NCBI GenBank assembly: GCA_017852795.1
Contig: JAFMKU010000002.1
Location: forward strand, 9,221-73,220
Direction: 5' to 3'
Length of the DNA: 64,000 bases
From: Candidatus Neomicrothrix sp.
GTDB lineage: Bacteria; Actinomycetota; Acidimicrobiia; Acidimicrobiales; Aldehydirespiratoraceae
Shown here: positions 17,771-28,705 of the stretch, piece by piece
Numbering within the stretch: position 1 is the stretch's first letter
Layout of the letters: every line of letters begins with the position of its first letter
Position numbers and translations under genes: made by a program
The notes under the pieces: generated by a model
Database searches by the model: none
The model's input: only the letters and a program-made list of their open reading frames with translations
What the model was told of the DNA's origin: nothing

Positions 17771-19237
17771 ATGACCTATCGTGAGGTGATGAACGACGAG
17801 GTGCTTTCAGGTTCTGAAGCGCTCACCTTTGATGACGTGCTGGTTGTCCCGGGGTGGAGCGAGGTGCTGCCCCACGAGGTAAACACCGCAACCGAACTGG
17901 CGGGGATCCGTCTAGCGGTCCCGTTGCTGTCCGCCGCCATGGATACCGTTACCGAGTCGCCCTTGGCGATCGCCATCGCTCGCGCCGGTGGGATCGGGGT
18001 TCTTCACCGCAACCTCAGCATCGATGCTCAAGCCGAAGAAGTTGACCGGGTCAAGCGGGCCCAGGCTGGCATGATCTCCTCACCGATCAGCCTGCCCCCG
18101 ACCGCCACCCTCGACGATGCCGAAGCGCTCATGCATCGCCACAAGATCAGTGGCGTACCGATCTGTGAAGCCGACGGCCGACTGGTTGGCATCCTCACCA
18201 ACCGTGACGTTCGCTTCTGCACCTCCGAGCAGTACAACCGTCCGGTCACCGATTTCATGACCGCGTCTGGTTTGGTCACCGCGCCGGAAGGCACGAATCT
18301 TGAAGAAGCGGTCGCCATCTTGCATCAGCATCGGATCGAGAAACTTCCGCTGGTCGACGGTGACGGGATCCTCCGAGGGTTGATCACGGTCAAAGACATC
18401 GACAAACGCATTGAGCACCCCAACGCCTCGCTTGATGACGACGGTCGTCTCCGGGTGGCCGCCGCGGTGGGGGTTACCGACACCGAAGAACGAACCGCGG
18501 CACTGGCCGCCGCCGGTTTGGACATGGTGGTGATCGACACCGCACACGGCCACACCCGTGGGGTGGTCGACGCGGTGCGGTTGATCAAAGCCAACTGGCC
18601 GCATCTGGTGGTGGTTGGTGGCAACGTCGTCACCCGGGAAGGGGTCGAGACGTTGGCTGAAGCCGGCGCCGACGTGATCAAAGTCGGGGTGGGTGCCGGA
18701 AGCATCTGCACCACCCGGATCGTTGCCGGAGCTGGGATGCCACAGATGACCGCCATCCACGAATGCACCATCGCCGGTCGCGAACTCGGTGTGCCGATCA
18801 TCGCCGATGGCGGGATTGTCACCTCGGGTGACATTGTCAAAGCGTTCGTGGCGGGCGCGGACGCCGTGATGCTGGGCAACTTGCTGGCCGGCGTCGACGA
18901 AGCCCCTGGCGACCTTGAACTCGTCGAGGGAGCCATGTGGAAGACCTATCGCGGCATGGGTTCCTCAGGTGCCATGCGGGGCCGGGCCAGTGACCGTTAC
19001 GGCACCGGACAATCGGCAGGCAAGCATGTGGCCGAAGGTGTCGAGGGAAGGGTTCGCTACGCCGGGCCGATGGCAGAACTGATGGGTCAGATCATTGGGG
19101 GGCTGCGTTCGGGTATGGGTTACGCCGGTGCGGCCAACCTTGATGACCTTCGCCATCGAACCCGACTGGTTCGGATCACCGGTGCGGGCCTTCGAGAAAG
19201 CCACCCCCACGACATCACGGTTTTGAGAGACGAATGA
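17771..19237 (+). CDS. guaB: IMP dehydrogenase
   Basis: [12 protein letters not shown]-terminus, a CBS pair, and the catalytic loop [11 protein letters not shown]. Start ATG 17771, or alternatively 17789. Confidence 0.92.
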   Translation: MTYREVMNDEVLSGSEALTFDDVLVVPGWSEVLPHEVNTATELAGIRLAVPLLSAAMDTVTESPLAIAIARAGGIGVLHRNLSIDAQAEEVDRVKRAQAGMISSPISLPPTATLDDAEALMHRHKISGVPICEADGRLVGILTNRDVRFCTSEQYNRPVTDFMTASGLVTAPEGTNLEEAVAILHQHRIEKLPLVDGDGILRGLITVKDIDKRIEHPNASLDDDGRLRVAAAVGVTDTEERTAALAAAGLDMVVIDTAHGHTRGVVDAVRLIKANWPHLVVVGGNVVTREGVETLAEAGADVIKVGVGAGSICTTRIVAGAGMPQMTAIHECTIAGRELGVPIIADGGIVTSGDIVKAFVAGADAVMLGNLLAGVDEAPGDLELVEGAMWKTYRGMGSSGAMRGRASDRYGTGQSAGKHVAEGVEGRVRYAGPMAELMGQIIGGLRSGMGYAGAANLDDLRHRTRLVRITGAGLRESHPHDITVLRDE

Positions 19238-20283
19238 GCCTTCAGGACCGAATTGGCCGAGTGGTGGTGAGAGGACAGCGACGGCTGCCTCGCCGTTTGC
19301 TCAACCGCCGTCACGGCACCCCGCCCACCATCGACGGGTTCACTCTTGACCCCCACGTGCACGCCTATCAGGCGCTGATCACCGCCGCGCAGGCCAAGAA
19401 CGCTCCCGAGAACGTCACGGTTGAGGTGATCCGCGAAGGCTTCCGGCGCATGGTTGACGCCGGGAGCGCAACACCGGTCGCGTCAGTGTCGGTGCATGAT
19501 CGGATGATCCCTGGTCCCGCCGGTGAACTCCCGATCCGGCTCTACCATCCGCAACGCACCTCCGGTCGAGCTGACGCGATCGTCTGGTTCCATCAGGGTG
19601 GCGGGGTCATTGGCGACCTTGACACCGACCACACGCTGTGCACGTTGCTGGCCGACGAATGCGGCGCGGTGGTGGTTTCGGTGGAGTATCGACTAGCGCC
19701 AGAACATCCGTTCCCGGCTGATGTGGTTGACTCGCTGGCCGCCTACCAGTGGGTGATCGATCACGCCGACGGGTTAGGCATTGACGGCGAGCGGGTCGCG
19801 GTGGCTGGTACGTCTCAGGGTGGGAAATTGGCGGCGGTGGTTTCTCAGCAGCGTCGTCGTGACGGCTTGCGGCCGCCGTTGGCTCAGGTCCTGTTGTATC
19901 CGGGCCTTGATGCCACCTGGGAAGGCGGTTCGATCGAGTCGATGGCCGAGGCCTGGCCGTTGGGGGCATCGACGCTGTTGTTCTTTGGGGCCAGCGCCGA
20001 TGTGGCTGAGGATCGGGCCGTTGACCCGATGGCGAGCCCGGGTCTGGAGCAGCACTTGACCGGCCTCCCACCGGCAGTGGTGGTCACCGCCGGCTTTGAT
20101 CCGCTACGTGACCAAGGCAACGACTACGCCGACCGGTTGGCGGCGGCGGGAGTTCCGGTTCTGCACCGCTGCGAAACAACGCTTCCCCATTCGTTCACGT
20201 TGATGGGTGGAGTCTCAAAGGCCGCGGACAAGGCAACCAAGGCGATCGCTCGCGACGTTGCCCGGCTGCTGTCCAACTCCTGA
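19234..20283 (+). CDS. alpha/beta hydrolase, hormone-sensitive-lipase-like esterase (fold-3)
   Basis: HQGGG oxyanion motif and GTSQGG nucleophile elbow. ATGA overlap with the guaB stop. Confidence 0.8.
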   Translation: MSLQDRIGRVVVRGQRRLPRRLLNRRHGTPPTIDGFTLDPHVHAYQALITAAQAKNAPENVTVEVIREGFRRMVDAGSATPVASVSVHDRMIPGPAGELPIRLYHPQRTSGRADAIVWFHQGGGVIGDLDTDHTLCTLLADECGAVVVSVEYRLAPEHPFPADVVDSLAAYQWVIDHADGLGIDGERVAVAGTSQGGKLAAVVSQQRRRDGLRPPLAQVLLYPGLDATWEGGSIESMAEAWPLGASTLLFFGASADVAEDRAVDPMASPGLEQHLTGLPPAVVVTAGFDPLRDQGNDYADRLAAAGVPVLHRCETTLPHSFTLMGGVSKAADKATKAIARDVARLLSNS

Positions 20284-20310
20284 CCGGTCGTTGATCAGCT
20301 CGGTGCGGGG

Positions 20311-22896
20311 TTATTCGTGGCTGATGGCATCCAGCACGTTGAGCCGTGACGCTCGCCGGGCCGGCAGGATAGCGGCGACGATTCCGGCGAACGCTGCTAC
20401 CACCACGTAGCTCAGCAGTTGGCCGTAGGGCACCGAAGCAGTGTTGATGAGCGAGTCGGGTATCGCGATCGCGGCGGCTACCCCGAACACCACACCCAAA
20501 ATGAGGCCCAGCAGGGCGCCGAACACCGCGATGATGACCGACTCCCAACGGATTGCCCGCCGGAGTTGACGCCGAGTCATGCCCACCGCTCGTAGGAGGC
20601 CGATCTCGCGGGTGCGCTCAAACACTGAGAGGGCCAAAGTGTTGGCGATGCCGATCAGGGCAATGACCAACGACAGGGCCAGCAACACGAAGATCACAGC
20701 CAGGAACGAGTTCAGCTGGTCCTGCTGGCTTTGACGGAACTCGACCCGGTTCTCGGCGATCACGGTGGGGAAGTGTTTGGTGACCGGTTCGATCGCCGCC
20801 GCGGCCTTGGCTAGAAGCTCCTGCTGCTGATCTTCGGGGAGGTCATCAGAAAAACCGGTGACGGTGGCGCTGGCAAACGACACACCGGTTCGAGTGAAAT
20901 GGCGTTCCCAGACGACGTTGTCGACCAGCCAGTTGCCGAACAGCGAATTGTCGAGAAACACCGCCTCCACCGTCAGGGTGTCGGTTTGCCCATCGGGGAA
21001 TGTGACTTCCACCGGGCTGCCGATCGTCAACCCCAGATCGTCGGCTTTGTCGCGGTGCACGGCGATGCCGTTGACCGGGTCGGCGTTGGTCAGGCTGCCC
21101 CGTTCGATGTCGGCGTCGAGGTGCAGTTCGACCTCGGCTAGGTCTGCGGTGAAGATGTCCTGAGTGTCGCCGTTGATCAGCAGTGAGCCCTGGCTGAACC
21201 GGTAGCGAACCACCGACTCGAACTCGGGGAGTGCCCGGATTTCTTCCACGACTTCTTCGCTGAACGTCACCGAAGGATCGAAGCCCGCGGACGTTGACTG
21301 GATGAAGTAGTCGGCTTCTACCGAATTGTCGAGGGTGGTGAGGAACGTCTTCGTCAACGATGACCCAACCACCCCGGCCATACCTACCAGCGCCAACCCG
21401 ATCATCAGCGCGCCCGCGGTTGAGGCGGTGCGGCGCGGGCTACGGGCGGCGTTCCCGCGGGCGATCGTGCAGGAGATCCCGAACAGCGTCAACGGCTTAC
21501 CGATGATCATCGCGGCTGGTCGGGCGAACGACGGGCTCAAGGTGTTGGTGCCGATGAACACCAGTACCGCGCCGAGGGCGACCAGCGTCAACACCGAACG
21601 GGTGGTGGAAGCCGCGAACAAACCGAGACCCAGCAGGATCGCCCCGGTCGCCGCCATCGCTCCACCGAGGTACAGACGGCGAGTCAGGCTCGCTCCGGCC
21701 AGCCGCTGATCGGAATGGATCGCGGCAATCGGGGCGATGGTTCGAGCACGGCGGGCGGGCACGATCGACGACAGCATGGTGACGCCAATACCGATCGCGG
21801 CGGCCCAGATAACCGTTCGAGGGCGCAATTCGATCGGACCGGAGGGCAACGAGAACCCCATGACGTTGAGGAGTTCTCGGAGGCCGTTACCGAGCAAGAC
21901 CCCCAAACCGATCCCGACCACGGTGCTGAACACCCCGACCAGCAGCGCTTCGAGATACACCGACCGGCTGATCTGGCGGCCGGTGGCGCCGATAGCCCGC
22001 AGCAGTCCCAGTTCCCGGATCCGTTGGCTCACCACGATCTGGAAGGTGTTGTTGATGATGAAGGTGGCGACGAACACGATGATGAACGCGAAGGCCAGCA
22101 GCACGTTGTTAAAGATGGAGATGACCGAGTTGAAATCGTCGGCCGTTTCTTCGCGGATCGCTTCGGCGGTGACCACCTCAAGGCCGGGCCCGACCGCCTG
22201 CTGAACGGCCTGCTGCACGCTGGCGATGTCGGTACCGGCCGTCACCGTCAGGCTGAGTTCGTTGTAGACCCCTTCAAGCCCGAAGAAGTCGCGAGCAGTT
22301 TCGAGTTCGAACGCGGCCATGGTCTGCCCGAGGCCGGAATGGCGTTCCGGCGAACCGAAACGAAAGATGCCGACCAACCGGAACGGTTCTTGACGCAACG
22401 GCCCGTCGATGTTGTAGATCTCGCCGACGATCAGATTGTTTTTGGCCGCGGTTTCGACATCGACCGCGAACTCGTCAGGAGCGGATGGTTCGGCGCCACC
22501 GTTGATCAAAAAGAACTGATCTGGCAGCCAACTGAATCCCAGTGCCGGCGGGCCGCTGGGCCGGATGGCGTTTCCTTCGCGGTCGATGACCACCACGTCG
22601 TTAAACGACGACACCACCGGGGTAACGAGTTGGACGCCGTCAACCGTCTCAACGACACCGGCAACGCCCTCATCGACCGGCTTCCGGTCGAATTCGTCCC
22701 CGAGATCCTGAACGCTGCGGACCGAAAGGTCGCTGGAGCCGGCGATGTCTTCAGCGAGACCTTCGAAGCTGGACCGGAGACTGTCGGTCATCGCGAAGAC
22801 TCCGACCACCATGGCCACACTGGCCACCACCGCCAACGTGGTTAGGGCGAAGCGAATCTTTTTGTCAAGCAGGTTCTTGAGGGTTAGCCGAAACAC
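20311..22896 (-). CDS. ABC transporter permease with two FtsX/MacB-type domains
   Basis: 861 aa. N-terminal TM, large extracytoplasmic domain and 3 TM, with the whole unit repeated. RELGLLRAIG and REIGLLRAVG loops. Confidence 0.85.
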   Translation of the reverse strand: MFRLTLKNLLDKKIRFALTTLAVVASVAMVVGVFAMTDSLRSSFEGLAEDIAGSSDLSVRSVQDLGDEFDRKPVDEGVAGVVETVDGVQLVTPVVSSFNDVVVIDREGNAIRPSGPPALGFSWLPDQFFLINGGAEPSAPDEFAVDVETAAKNNLIVGEIYNIDGPLRQEPFRLVGIFRFGSPERHSGLGQTMAAFELETARDFFGLEGVYNELSLTVTAGTDIASVQQAVQQAVGPGLEVVTAEAIREETADDFNSVISIFNNVLLAFAFIIVFVATFIINNTFQIVVSQRIRELGLLRAIGATGRQISRSVYLEALLVGVFSTVVGIGLGVLLGNGLRELLNVMGFSLPSGPIELRPRTVIWAAAIGIGVTMLSSIVPARRARTIAPIAAIHSDQRLAGASLTRRLYLGGAMAATGAILLGLGLFAASTTRSVLTLVALGAVLVFIGTNTLSPSFARPAAMIIGKPLTLFGISCTIARGNAARSPRRTASTAGALMIGLALVGMAGVVGSSLTKTFLTTLDNSVEADYFIQSTSAGFDPSVTFSEEVVEEIRALPEFESVVRYRFSQGSLLINGDTQDIFTADLAEVELHLDADIERGSLTNADPVNGIAVHRDKADDLGLTIGSPVEVTFPDGQTDTLTVEAVFLDNSLFGNWLVDNVVWERHFTRTGVSFASATVTGFSDDLPEDQQQELLAKAAAAIEPVTKHFPTVIAENRVEFRQSQQDQLNSFLAVIFVLLALSLVIALIGIANTLALSVFERTREIGLLRAVGMTRRQLRRAIRWESVIIAVFGALLGLILGVVFGVAAAIAIPDSLINTASVPYGQLLSYVVVAAFAGIVAAILPARRASRLNVLDAISHE

Positions 22897-22898
22897 GG

Positions 22899-23633
22899 TC
22901 AGCCGCCCAACGTCTTCATCCGGTCGATCACGGTGTCCGGGGTCGGGTCGGTGAGTTCGTCCACGATGCGGCCATCGACCAGAAACACCACCCGGTCGGC
23001 ATAGGACGCCGCGCTCGGGTCGTGGGTAACCATCACGATGGTCTGGCCGTAGTCGTCTACTGCTTTGCGCATGAAGCTGAGGATCTCGTTGCCGGTAACC
23101 GAATCGAGGTTGCCGGTTGGTTCGTCAGCGAAGATGATCGACGGTCGGGTAGCCAGTGCCCGGCTCACTGCGACCCGTTGCTGCTGGCCGCCGGACAGTT
23201 CGTTGGGGCGATGGTCGATCCGGTCGGCGAGACCTACGGTCGTGATGACTTCATTGATCCATTCCTGATCGGGTTCCCGGCCCGCCAAGGTCAGCGGAAG
23301 GGTGATGTTTTCGCCGGCGCTGAGGGTCGGGATCAGGTTGAAGGTTTGGAAGATGAAGCCGATGTTGTCGCGTCGCAGCAGGGTGAGTTTGCGTTCGCTC
23401 AGCGTTGAGAGGGCCTGGTCGCCGATGTAGGCCTCTCCGTCGGTGAGGGTGTCGAGACCAGCCATGCAATGCATCAGCGTGGATTTGCCTGAACCGGACG
23501 GCCCCATGATGGCGGTGTATTCACCGGCGGCAAAAGTAATGTTGATGCCGTCAAGCGCTCGAACTTCGGTATCGCCCGAGCCGTACACCTTGAAGGCGTT
23601 CTCGGCGCGTGCGGCAGTGGTTTTGGTGTCCAT
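22899..23633 (-). CDS. ABC transporter ATP-binding protein (MacB/LolD type)
   Basis: [35 protein letters not shown]. Confidence 0.92.
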   Translation of the reverse strand: MDTKTTAARAENAFKVYGSGDTEVRALDGINITFAAGEYTAIMGPSGSGKSTLMHCMAGLDTLTDGEAYIGDQALSTLSERKLTLLRRDNIGFIFQTFNLIPTLSAGENITLPLTLAGREPDQEWINEVITTVGLADRIDHRPNELSGGQQQRVAVSRALATRPSIIFADEPTGNLDSVTGNEILSFMRKAVDDYGQTIVMVTHDPSAASYADRVVFLVDGRIVDELTDPTPDTVIDRMKTLGG

Positions 23634-23793
23634 TGGATCTCCGGGGGATAGCGACCGTGCAACCGTTGACTGTACTGGCCAGATGAGACGCTTGGATGTC
23701 GTGGGTATGCGGTGCCGGGAATGGTTCAGGTGGTCTACGGTGGGTCCGGGTACGGCGCGATCTGAGCCCGTAGGGATCTAGGAAAGGTTTGGC

Positions 23794-24327
23794 ATGACCG
23801 AGACCAGTCACGTTGGGGTGTTGCGCTCGGCTCGAGCCGATGACCTTCCCGCGGTACGGCAACTCAACAACGACGCGGTGCCGGCCGTCAACGCGCTGGA
23901 GCTGGCCGATCTCGAGGAGTTCCTGCGAGTGGGCCACACGTTTCTGGTTGCCGAACACGACGGTGTGCTGACCGGTGCTCTGGTTGGTTTGGGTCCAGGT
24001 CTGGACTATCCGAGCCTCAACTACCGATGGTTCTCGGCCCGCTACCAACAGTTCATTTACGTTGACCGGGTCGTGGTTTCTCAAACGGTGCGCTCCCGTG
24101 GGCTTGGCACCGAGCTGTACCGGCAGTTTGCCGAACGGGGACGGGCCGAAGGCGCGCCGGTGCTCCTGGCCGAGGTCAACATCCGACCTCGCAACGACGG
24201 GTCGCTGCGTTTCCACGAACGGTTTGGCTTCGTTTCGGTCGGGGAGCAAGACACCGAAGGCGGGAGCAAACGGGTGAGTTTGTTGGCCTGTAACCTAACC
24301 ACCGACCCGACCAGCGAGTCCCGATGA
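23794..24327 (+). CDS. GNAT family N-acetyltransferase
   Basis: 177 aa with acetyl-CoA loop VSQTVRSRGLGTELY. ATGA overlap with the downstream ABC ATPase. Confidence 0.75.
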   Translation: MTETSHVGVLRSARADDLPAVRQLNNDAVPAVNALELADLEEFLRVGHTFLVAEHDGVLTGALVGLGPGLDYPSLNYRWFSARYQQFIYVDRVVVSQTVRSRGLGTELYRQFAERGRAEGAPVLLAEVNIRPRNDGSLRFHERFGFVSVGEQDTEGGSKRVSLLACNLTTDPTSESR

Positions 24328-25247
24328 CGGCACTCGCGGCCCAAGACCTCACCGTTGCCTTTGGAGCCAACCTGGCCTTGGACGCAGTGACGTTCGACGT
24401 TCCGTCGGGGATCACCGGCCTGGTCGGAGCTAACGGTGCGGGCAAGACGACGCTGCTGTCGCTGGCGCTTGGGCTACGGGCACCCTCGGGGGGTTCGATC
24501 ACGGTGCTCGGCAAGAACCCGGCCGATCACGGACCCGAAGTGCGGTCGTTGATCGGGTACTCGCGCGAAAAATCGATCCTGCCTGATGACATGCCGGCGT
24601 TCGATTTCGTCAAACACCTCGCCCAGTTGCGGGGCATACCCCGAAACGAGGCGCGGCTTCGCAGCAGCGAAGTGCTCTGGCTGGTCGGGTTGGGTGAGGA
24701 ACGGTTCCGAGCGCTGGGCACCATGTCGACGGGTCAACGCCAACGAGTCAAACTGGCCCAGGCGGTTGCGTCGAGTCCGTCGCTGCTGCTGTTGGACGAA
24801 CCCACCGATGGGCTCGATCCGGTGCAGCGGGACGAGATGCTGGCCTTGATCGCCAAAGTCGCTACCGAGTTCTCGATCGACGTGATCCTGTCGTCGCATC
24901 TCTTGGAGGAAGTGGAGCGGATCTGTGACCATGTCGTTGCCCTTGACGCCGGTTCGTTGGTTGCCTGCGGTGGCCTCGATGAACTGGTCGGCACCATCGA
25001 AGGGATCGAGATGGAGTTGTTCGACCGCTCCGAAGGGCACCGCGAACGAGATGCGGTGGTGTCCACGCTGAGAGCTTCTGGGGTTCAGGTTGACGTTGAT
25101 GGGGTAGTGCTCACCTTGTCTGGGGCCGAACGGTCGGTGCTCGCCGATCAGGCTCGAGATTCGGTGGCCCAGCACGGGGCCCGGTTGCGCCGGATCTCAG
25201 ATCGGCGTCGGCGACTCGACGACCTCTTTCAAGGTGGTCCGCGATGA
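24324..25247 (+). CDS. ABC-2-type transporter ATP-binding protein (copy 1)
   Basis: GANGAGKTT, MSTGQRQRVKLAQAV, LLLDEPTDGLD, and a C-terminal accessory domain. Confidence 0.9.
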   Translation: MTALAAQDLTVAFGANLALDAVTFDVPSGITGLVGANGAGKTTLLSLALGLRAPSGGSITVLGKNPADHGPEVRSLIGYSREKSILPDDMPAFDFVKHLAQLRGIPRNEARLRSSEVLWLVGLGEERFRALGTMSTGQRQRVKLAQAVASSPSLLLLDEPTDGLDPVQRDEMLALIAKVATEFSIDVILSSHLLEEVERICDHVVALDAGSLVACGGLDELVGTIEGIEMELFDRSEGHRERDAVVSTLRASGVQVDVDGVVLTLSGAERSVLADQARDSVAQHGARLRRISDRRRRLDDLFQGGPR

Positions 25248-26107
25248 CCACGTCAGAGATTTACTCCGCTGGGTATCGCCCGTTCGAGGGCGAACGCACC
25301 GGCTGGTTCGCGGCGGTCTCAACGTTGACGTGGTCGGCGGTGCGGTCAATTCTGGGGTTGGGTCGTCCGGCCCGACACAAAGTGTTTCCGGTGATCGTTA
25401 TCGCGTTGGCCTTTCTCCCCGCGGTGGTTTTTGTTGGGTTGGCGCTGCTGTTTCCGGTGGACATGTTCGGTTCCGAAGCGGCCCCGAACTACTGGGAACT
25501 GCTGCGGTTCACTTGGCTTCCGGTGTTGGTCTTTTCAGCCATGGTGGTCCCCGAAGCGTTGGTTCGGGATCGCCGGAACGGCTTGTTCAGCTTGTACCTG
25601 ACCACTTCGCTGACCCGGGGCCGGTACCTGCTGGGCAAGGCGGTTGCCTCGGTGGTGGTGTTGGCAGTGGTGATCTCAGCCCCGGCAATCCTGTATCTGG
25701 TGGGGCTGACGGCCGAAGGAAGCGGTCCGGATAGCGTCCTGAATTGGTTGGGAACGCTTGGTGGAATCACGCTCAGCGGTGGGGCGATCGCCGCGTTGTT
25801 GATCGGGGTGGGGTTCGCGATTTCTAGCATGACCGACCGGCGGGCCTTTGCCAGCGTGGCTTTGGCGTTGCTGTTCTTGGTCGCCCCGATTGTGACGGTG
25901 GCCCTAACCGAAAGTGGCATGTCGGAGCACTGGCGATTGTTGGACCCGGCGGGGGTGGCGATGGAGTTCTCACCCCGGCTCTGGGGTGACACTTCCCCGG
26001 AGTATTGGGCCCTGTCGAATTTCAGCGTGTTCCTCGGGCAGATCCTCTGGCTGCTGGCCAGCTGGGCGTTCGTGGGGTACCGCTATCGAAAGGTGTCGGC
26101 GCTATGA
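25244..26107 (+). CDS. ABC-2-type transporter permease (copy 1)
   Basis: 287 aa with about 6 hydrophobic segments. 4-nt overlaps with both neighbours. Confidence 0.75.
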   Translation: MTTSEIYSAGYRPFEGERTGWFAAVSTLTWSAVRSILGLGRPARHKVFPVIVIALAFLPAVVFVGLALLFPVDMFGSEAAPNYWELLRFTWLPVLVFSAMVVPEALVRDRRNGLFSLYLTTSLTRGRYLLGKAVASVVVLAVVISAPAILYLVGLTAEGSGPDSVLNWLGTLGGITLSGGAIAALLIGVGFAISSMTDRRAFASVALALLFLVAPIVTVALTESGMSEHWRLLDPAGVAMEFSPRLWGDTSPEYWALSNFSVFLGQILWLLASWAFVGYRYRKVSAL

Positions 26108-27084
26108 GCGAGTCGTCGGTCGCGGCCGGTATCGGAGCAGATGCGGTGGCCGCCAGCCCACCACCGGCGCCGCCGATGGTGCAGGCATCCAACGTGAGCA
26201 AGGCGTTCGGGGACGTTGTTGCGGTCAGCGATGTGTCGTTCTCGGTGGGCTCGGGGGTGACGGCGTTGCTGGGCCCCAACGGCGCCGGTAAGAGCACGCT
26301 GTTCCGGATGCTTTGCGGGCTGACCCCGGCCACGTCGGGTTCGGTGCGGGTGCTGGGTCGTGAAACTCGCACCGACCGCGACATTCGGGGACGGATCGGG
26401 CTCGTTCCGCAACAAGAGTCGGTGTTCGACCGGCTCGATGCGCTGGCGTTCGTGGTGTTGGCCGCTCGAACCCACGGGGTCACCGATCCGGTGGACACCG
26501 CCCGTCGGTTCCTGCGGGAAGTAGAACTCGATCCCGACGACGGCCGGCCGGTCACCGCCTATTCCAAAGGTATGCGGCAGCGGGTCAAGTTGGCAGCGGC
26601 GCTCGTCAACAACCCTTCGGTGCTGATCCTCGACGAACCACTCAACGGTCTCGACCCGGTCCAGCGTCGGCGCATGATCGAATTGTTTCATCAGTTGGCC
26701 GACGAAGGGCGCTGCCTTCTGGTGTCTAGTCATGTGCTCGATGAGGTAGCTCGGATGGGTTCGGAGGTGCTGGTGATCGCACAAGGTCGCCTAGTGGCTC
26801 GCGGCGACTATCGAGATCTTCGAGATTTGATGGATGATCGTCCGCATCGCGTCCGGGTGGTTTCGGATCACCCTCGGCGCTTGGCGGCGGCGCTGGTCGC
26901 CGATGGCTTGGTCAACAGCGTTGCCCTGTCCGGTGATTCGCTGGTGATTGACACTGACGACATCGACCGGTTCGGCCGGGCGGTGGCTCCGCTGGCCTCC
27001 GGTTTGGGGGCGCGTCTGGATGCGTTAGCGCCGCTCGATGATGATCTGGAATCGGTGTTTCGTTATCTGGTGGAGCGACGATGA
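26104..27084 (+). CDS. ABC-2-type transporter ATP-binding protein (copy 2)
   Basis: Start moved to ATG 26104 (ATGA overlap). GPNGAGKST, YSKGMRQRVKLAAAL, LILDEPLNGLD. Confidence 0.9.
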   Translation: MSESSVAAGIGADAVAASPPPAPPMVQASNVSKAFGDVVAVSDVSFSVGSGVTALLGPNGAGKSTLFRMLCGLTPATSGSVRVLGRETRTDRDIRGRIGLVPQQESVFDRLDALAFVVLAARTHGVTDPVDTARRFLREVELDPDDGRPVTAYSKGMRQRVKLAAALVNNPSVLILDEPLNGLDPVQRRRMIELFHQLADEGRCLLVSSHVLDEVARMGSEVLVIAQGRLVARGDYRDLRDLMDDRPHRVRVVSDHPRRLAAALVADGLVNSVALSGDSLVIDTDDIDRFGRAVAPLASGLGARLDALAPLDDDLESVFRYLVERR

Positions 27085-27848
27085 GCGCCACCTCGAAGAA
27101 TCACGTGGGGGCAGGCACCGCCATCGCCGTCATCTACCGGCTACTCCTCGGCCAGTTGTTGACCACCGGTCGGGCCATCGGATTGGGACTGTTTGGCGCG
27201 GTGCTGGCGGTGGTGGCCTGGGCCGTCGAACGTTCCGAAAGCAGCGACGCGATGCTGGAGTTGGCGGCTCGTCGGGAGAGCGCGGCGATATTGCTGGCGC
27301 TGCTGGGTTTGGGTGCGGTGGTGCCGATCGTGACCTTGGCGTTCTCCGGTGGTGCGCTCGGTGATCTACGAGACGACCAGACGCTGGTGTACCTGTGGCT
27401 CCGGCCGATGGACCGCTGGCCGATCGTGGTCGGGGCGGTGCTGGCTGGGATTACGGTGAGCATTCCGTTCGCTACCTTGCCGGTCGTTGTCGCGGCCGCG
27501 GTACTCAACGTTGGTAGTCAGATGGTGGTGGCTGCGTTGCTTACGTCGCTGGTCGGGGTCGTCGCCTACGCCGCAGTTTTTGTCCTGCTGGGGTTGGTGG
27601 TTCGCAACTCGATCGTCTGGGGTTTGGCCTACGTGATCGTTTGGGAAGGGGTGGCGGCCACCTTCGGCAACCTTCCCGCTCGACTCTCGATCCGCGGTTA
27701 CACCACGTCGATCCTGAGCGATCAAACGTCGGTAGACCTTGAATTCGCGGATCTGGCCCAGTCGTCGGCGTTTGCCGTGTTGGCCCTGATAACGGTTGCC
27801 GCAGTGGTGTTGGCCACCCGCCGCCTACGCCGCATCGAAGTTCCGTAA
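27081..27848 (+). CDS. ABC-2-type transporter permease (copy 2)
   Basis: 255 aa, multi-TM, ATGA overlap with the upstream ATPase. Confidence 0.75.
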   Translation: MSATSKNHVGAGTAIAVIYRLLLGQLLTTGRAIGLGLFGAVLAVVAWAVERSESSDAMLELAARRESAAILLALLGLGAVVPIVTLAFSGGALGDLRDDQTLVYLWLRPMDRWPIVVGAVLAGITVSIPFATLPVVVAAAVLNVGSQMVVAALLTSLVGVVAYAAVFVLLGLVVRNSIVWGLAYVIVWEGVAATFGNLPARLSIRGYTTSILSDQTSVDLEFADLAQSSAFAVLALITVAAVVLATRRLRRIEVP

Positions 27849-27881
27849 CCGGTCGCTGGGTTTGCAGCCGGTCGCTGGGTT
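27849..27881. repeat. tandem direct repeat CCGGTCGCTGGGTT x2, 5-nt spacer
   Basis: Copies at 27849..27862 and 27868..27881. Together they fill the convergent intergenic gap. Confidence 0.6.
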
Positions 27882-28662
27882 AGCGTCCGGAGAAGTGAGC
27901 TTTGCCCGGTCCGTGTTCGAGGAATGACTGAACGCCGGTGGTGCAATCTTCGGTGGCAAAACAGGCCCCGAACATGGCGGCTTCAACCGCTACCGCCTCG
28001 CTGAGCGGCAGGTGCAGTCCGTCAAGGATCGCTCGTTTGGCCATCCGGAGCGCAGCCGGGCCGGAGGCGTAGTCGGCGGCTTTGGCCAGCGCCTCATCAA
28101 AAAGCAGGTCAGGGTCGTGCACCGACGACACGATCTGGTGGCTGCGTGCTTCTTCAGCCCCGACGTGGCGACCGCTGTACACCATGTCTTTGGCCATGGT
28201 GACTCCCGCCAACCGGCTCAGGCGTTGGGTACCGCCCCCGCCCGGGATCAAACCGAGCTGGATTTCGGGAACACCGATCCGCCCGTCGTCGGCCATCATC
28301 CGGAAATCGGTGGCGAGGGCCACTTCGAGCCCTCCTCCCAGCGCGAACCCGTTGATGGCTGAGATGGTGATCTGCGGGAGGTTTTCCAACGCCAGCAGCG
28401 CGTTGTTGAACAGGTGAGAGAACTCGGTTGCGGCCTTGGCGTCGAACGTAGGGAACTCGGAAATGTCGGCTCCCGCCGCGAAGTTCTTTCGTCCACCGGT
28501 GACGACCACGGCCCGGGTTTCTTCGTCGCTAGCGAGTTCGCCACAGATGGCACCGATGGCGACCATCATGTCGGTGCTGAGGGCGTTTACTTTGGGCCGG
28601 TCCAGTCGGATAACGGCAACGCCAGCGGTCACGTTTCGTTCAAGTTGTACATGCTCTGCCAT
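27880..28662 (-). CDS. enoyl-CoA hydratase/isomerase (crotonase family)
   Basis: NFAAGADISEF and AINGFALGGGLEVALATD oxyanion-hole motifs. Confidence 0.88.
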   Translation of the reverse strand: MAEHVQLERNVTAGVAVIRLDRPKVNALSTDMMVAIGAICGELASDEETRAVVVTGGRKNFAAGADISEFPTFDAKAATEFSHLFNNALLALENLPQITISAINGFALGGGLEVALATDFRMMADDGRIGVPEIQLGLIPGGGGTQRLSRLAGVTMAKDMVYSGRHVGAEEARSHQIVSSVHDPDLLFDEALAKAADYASGPAALRMAKRAILDGLHLPLSEAVAVEAAMFGACFATEDCTTGVQSFLEHGPGKAHFSGR

Positions 28663-28705
28663 GTCAGCAACCTAGCCGACACCGCAAAGCGGCCGAGCGG
28701 CAACC

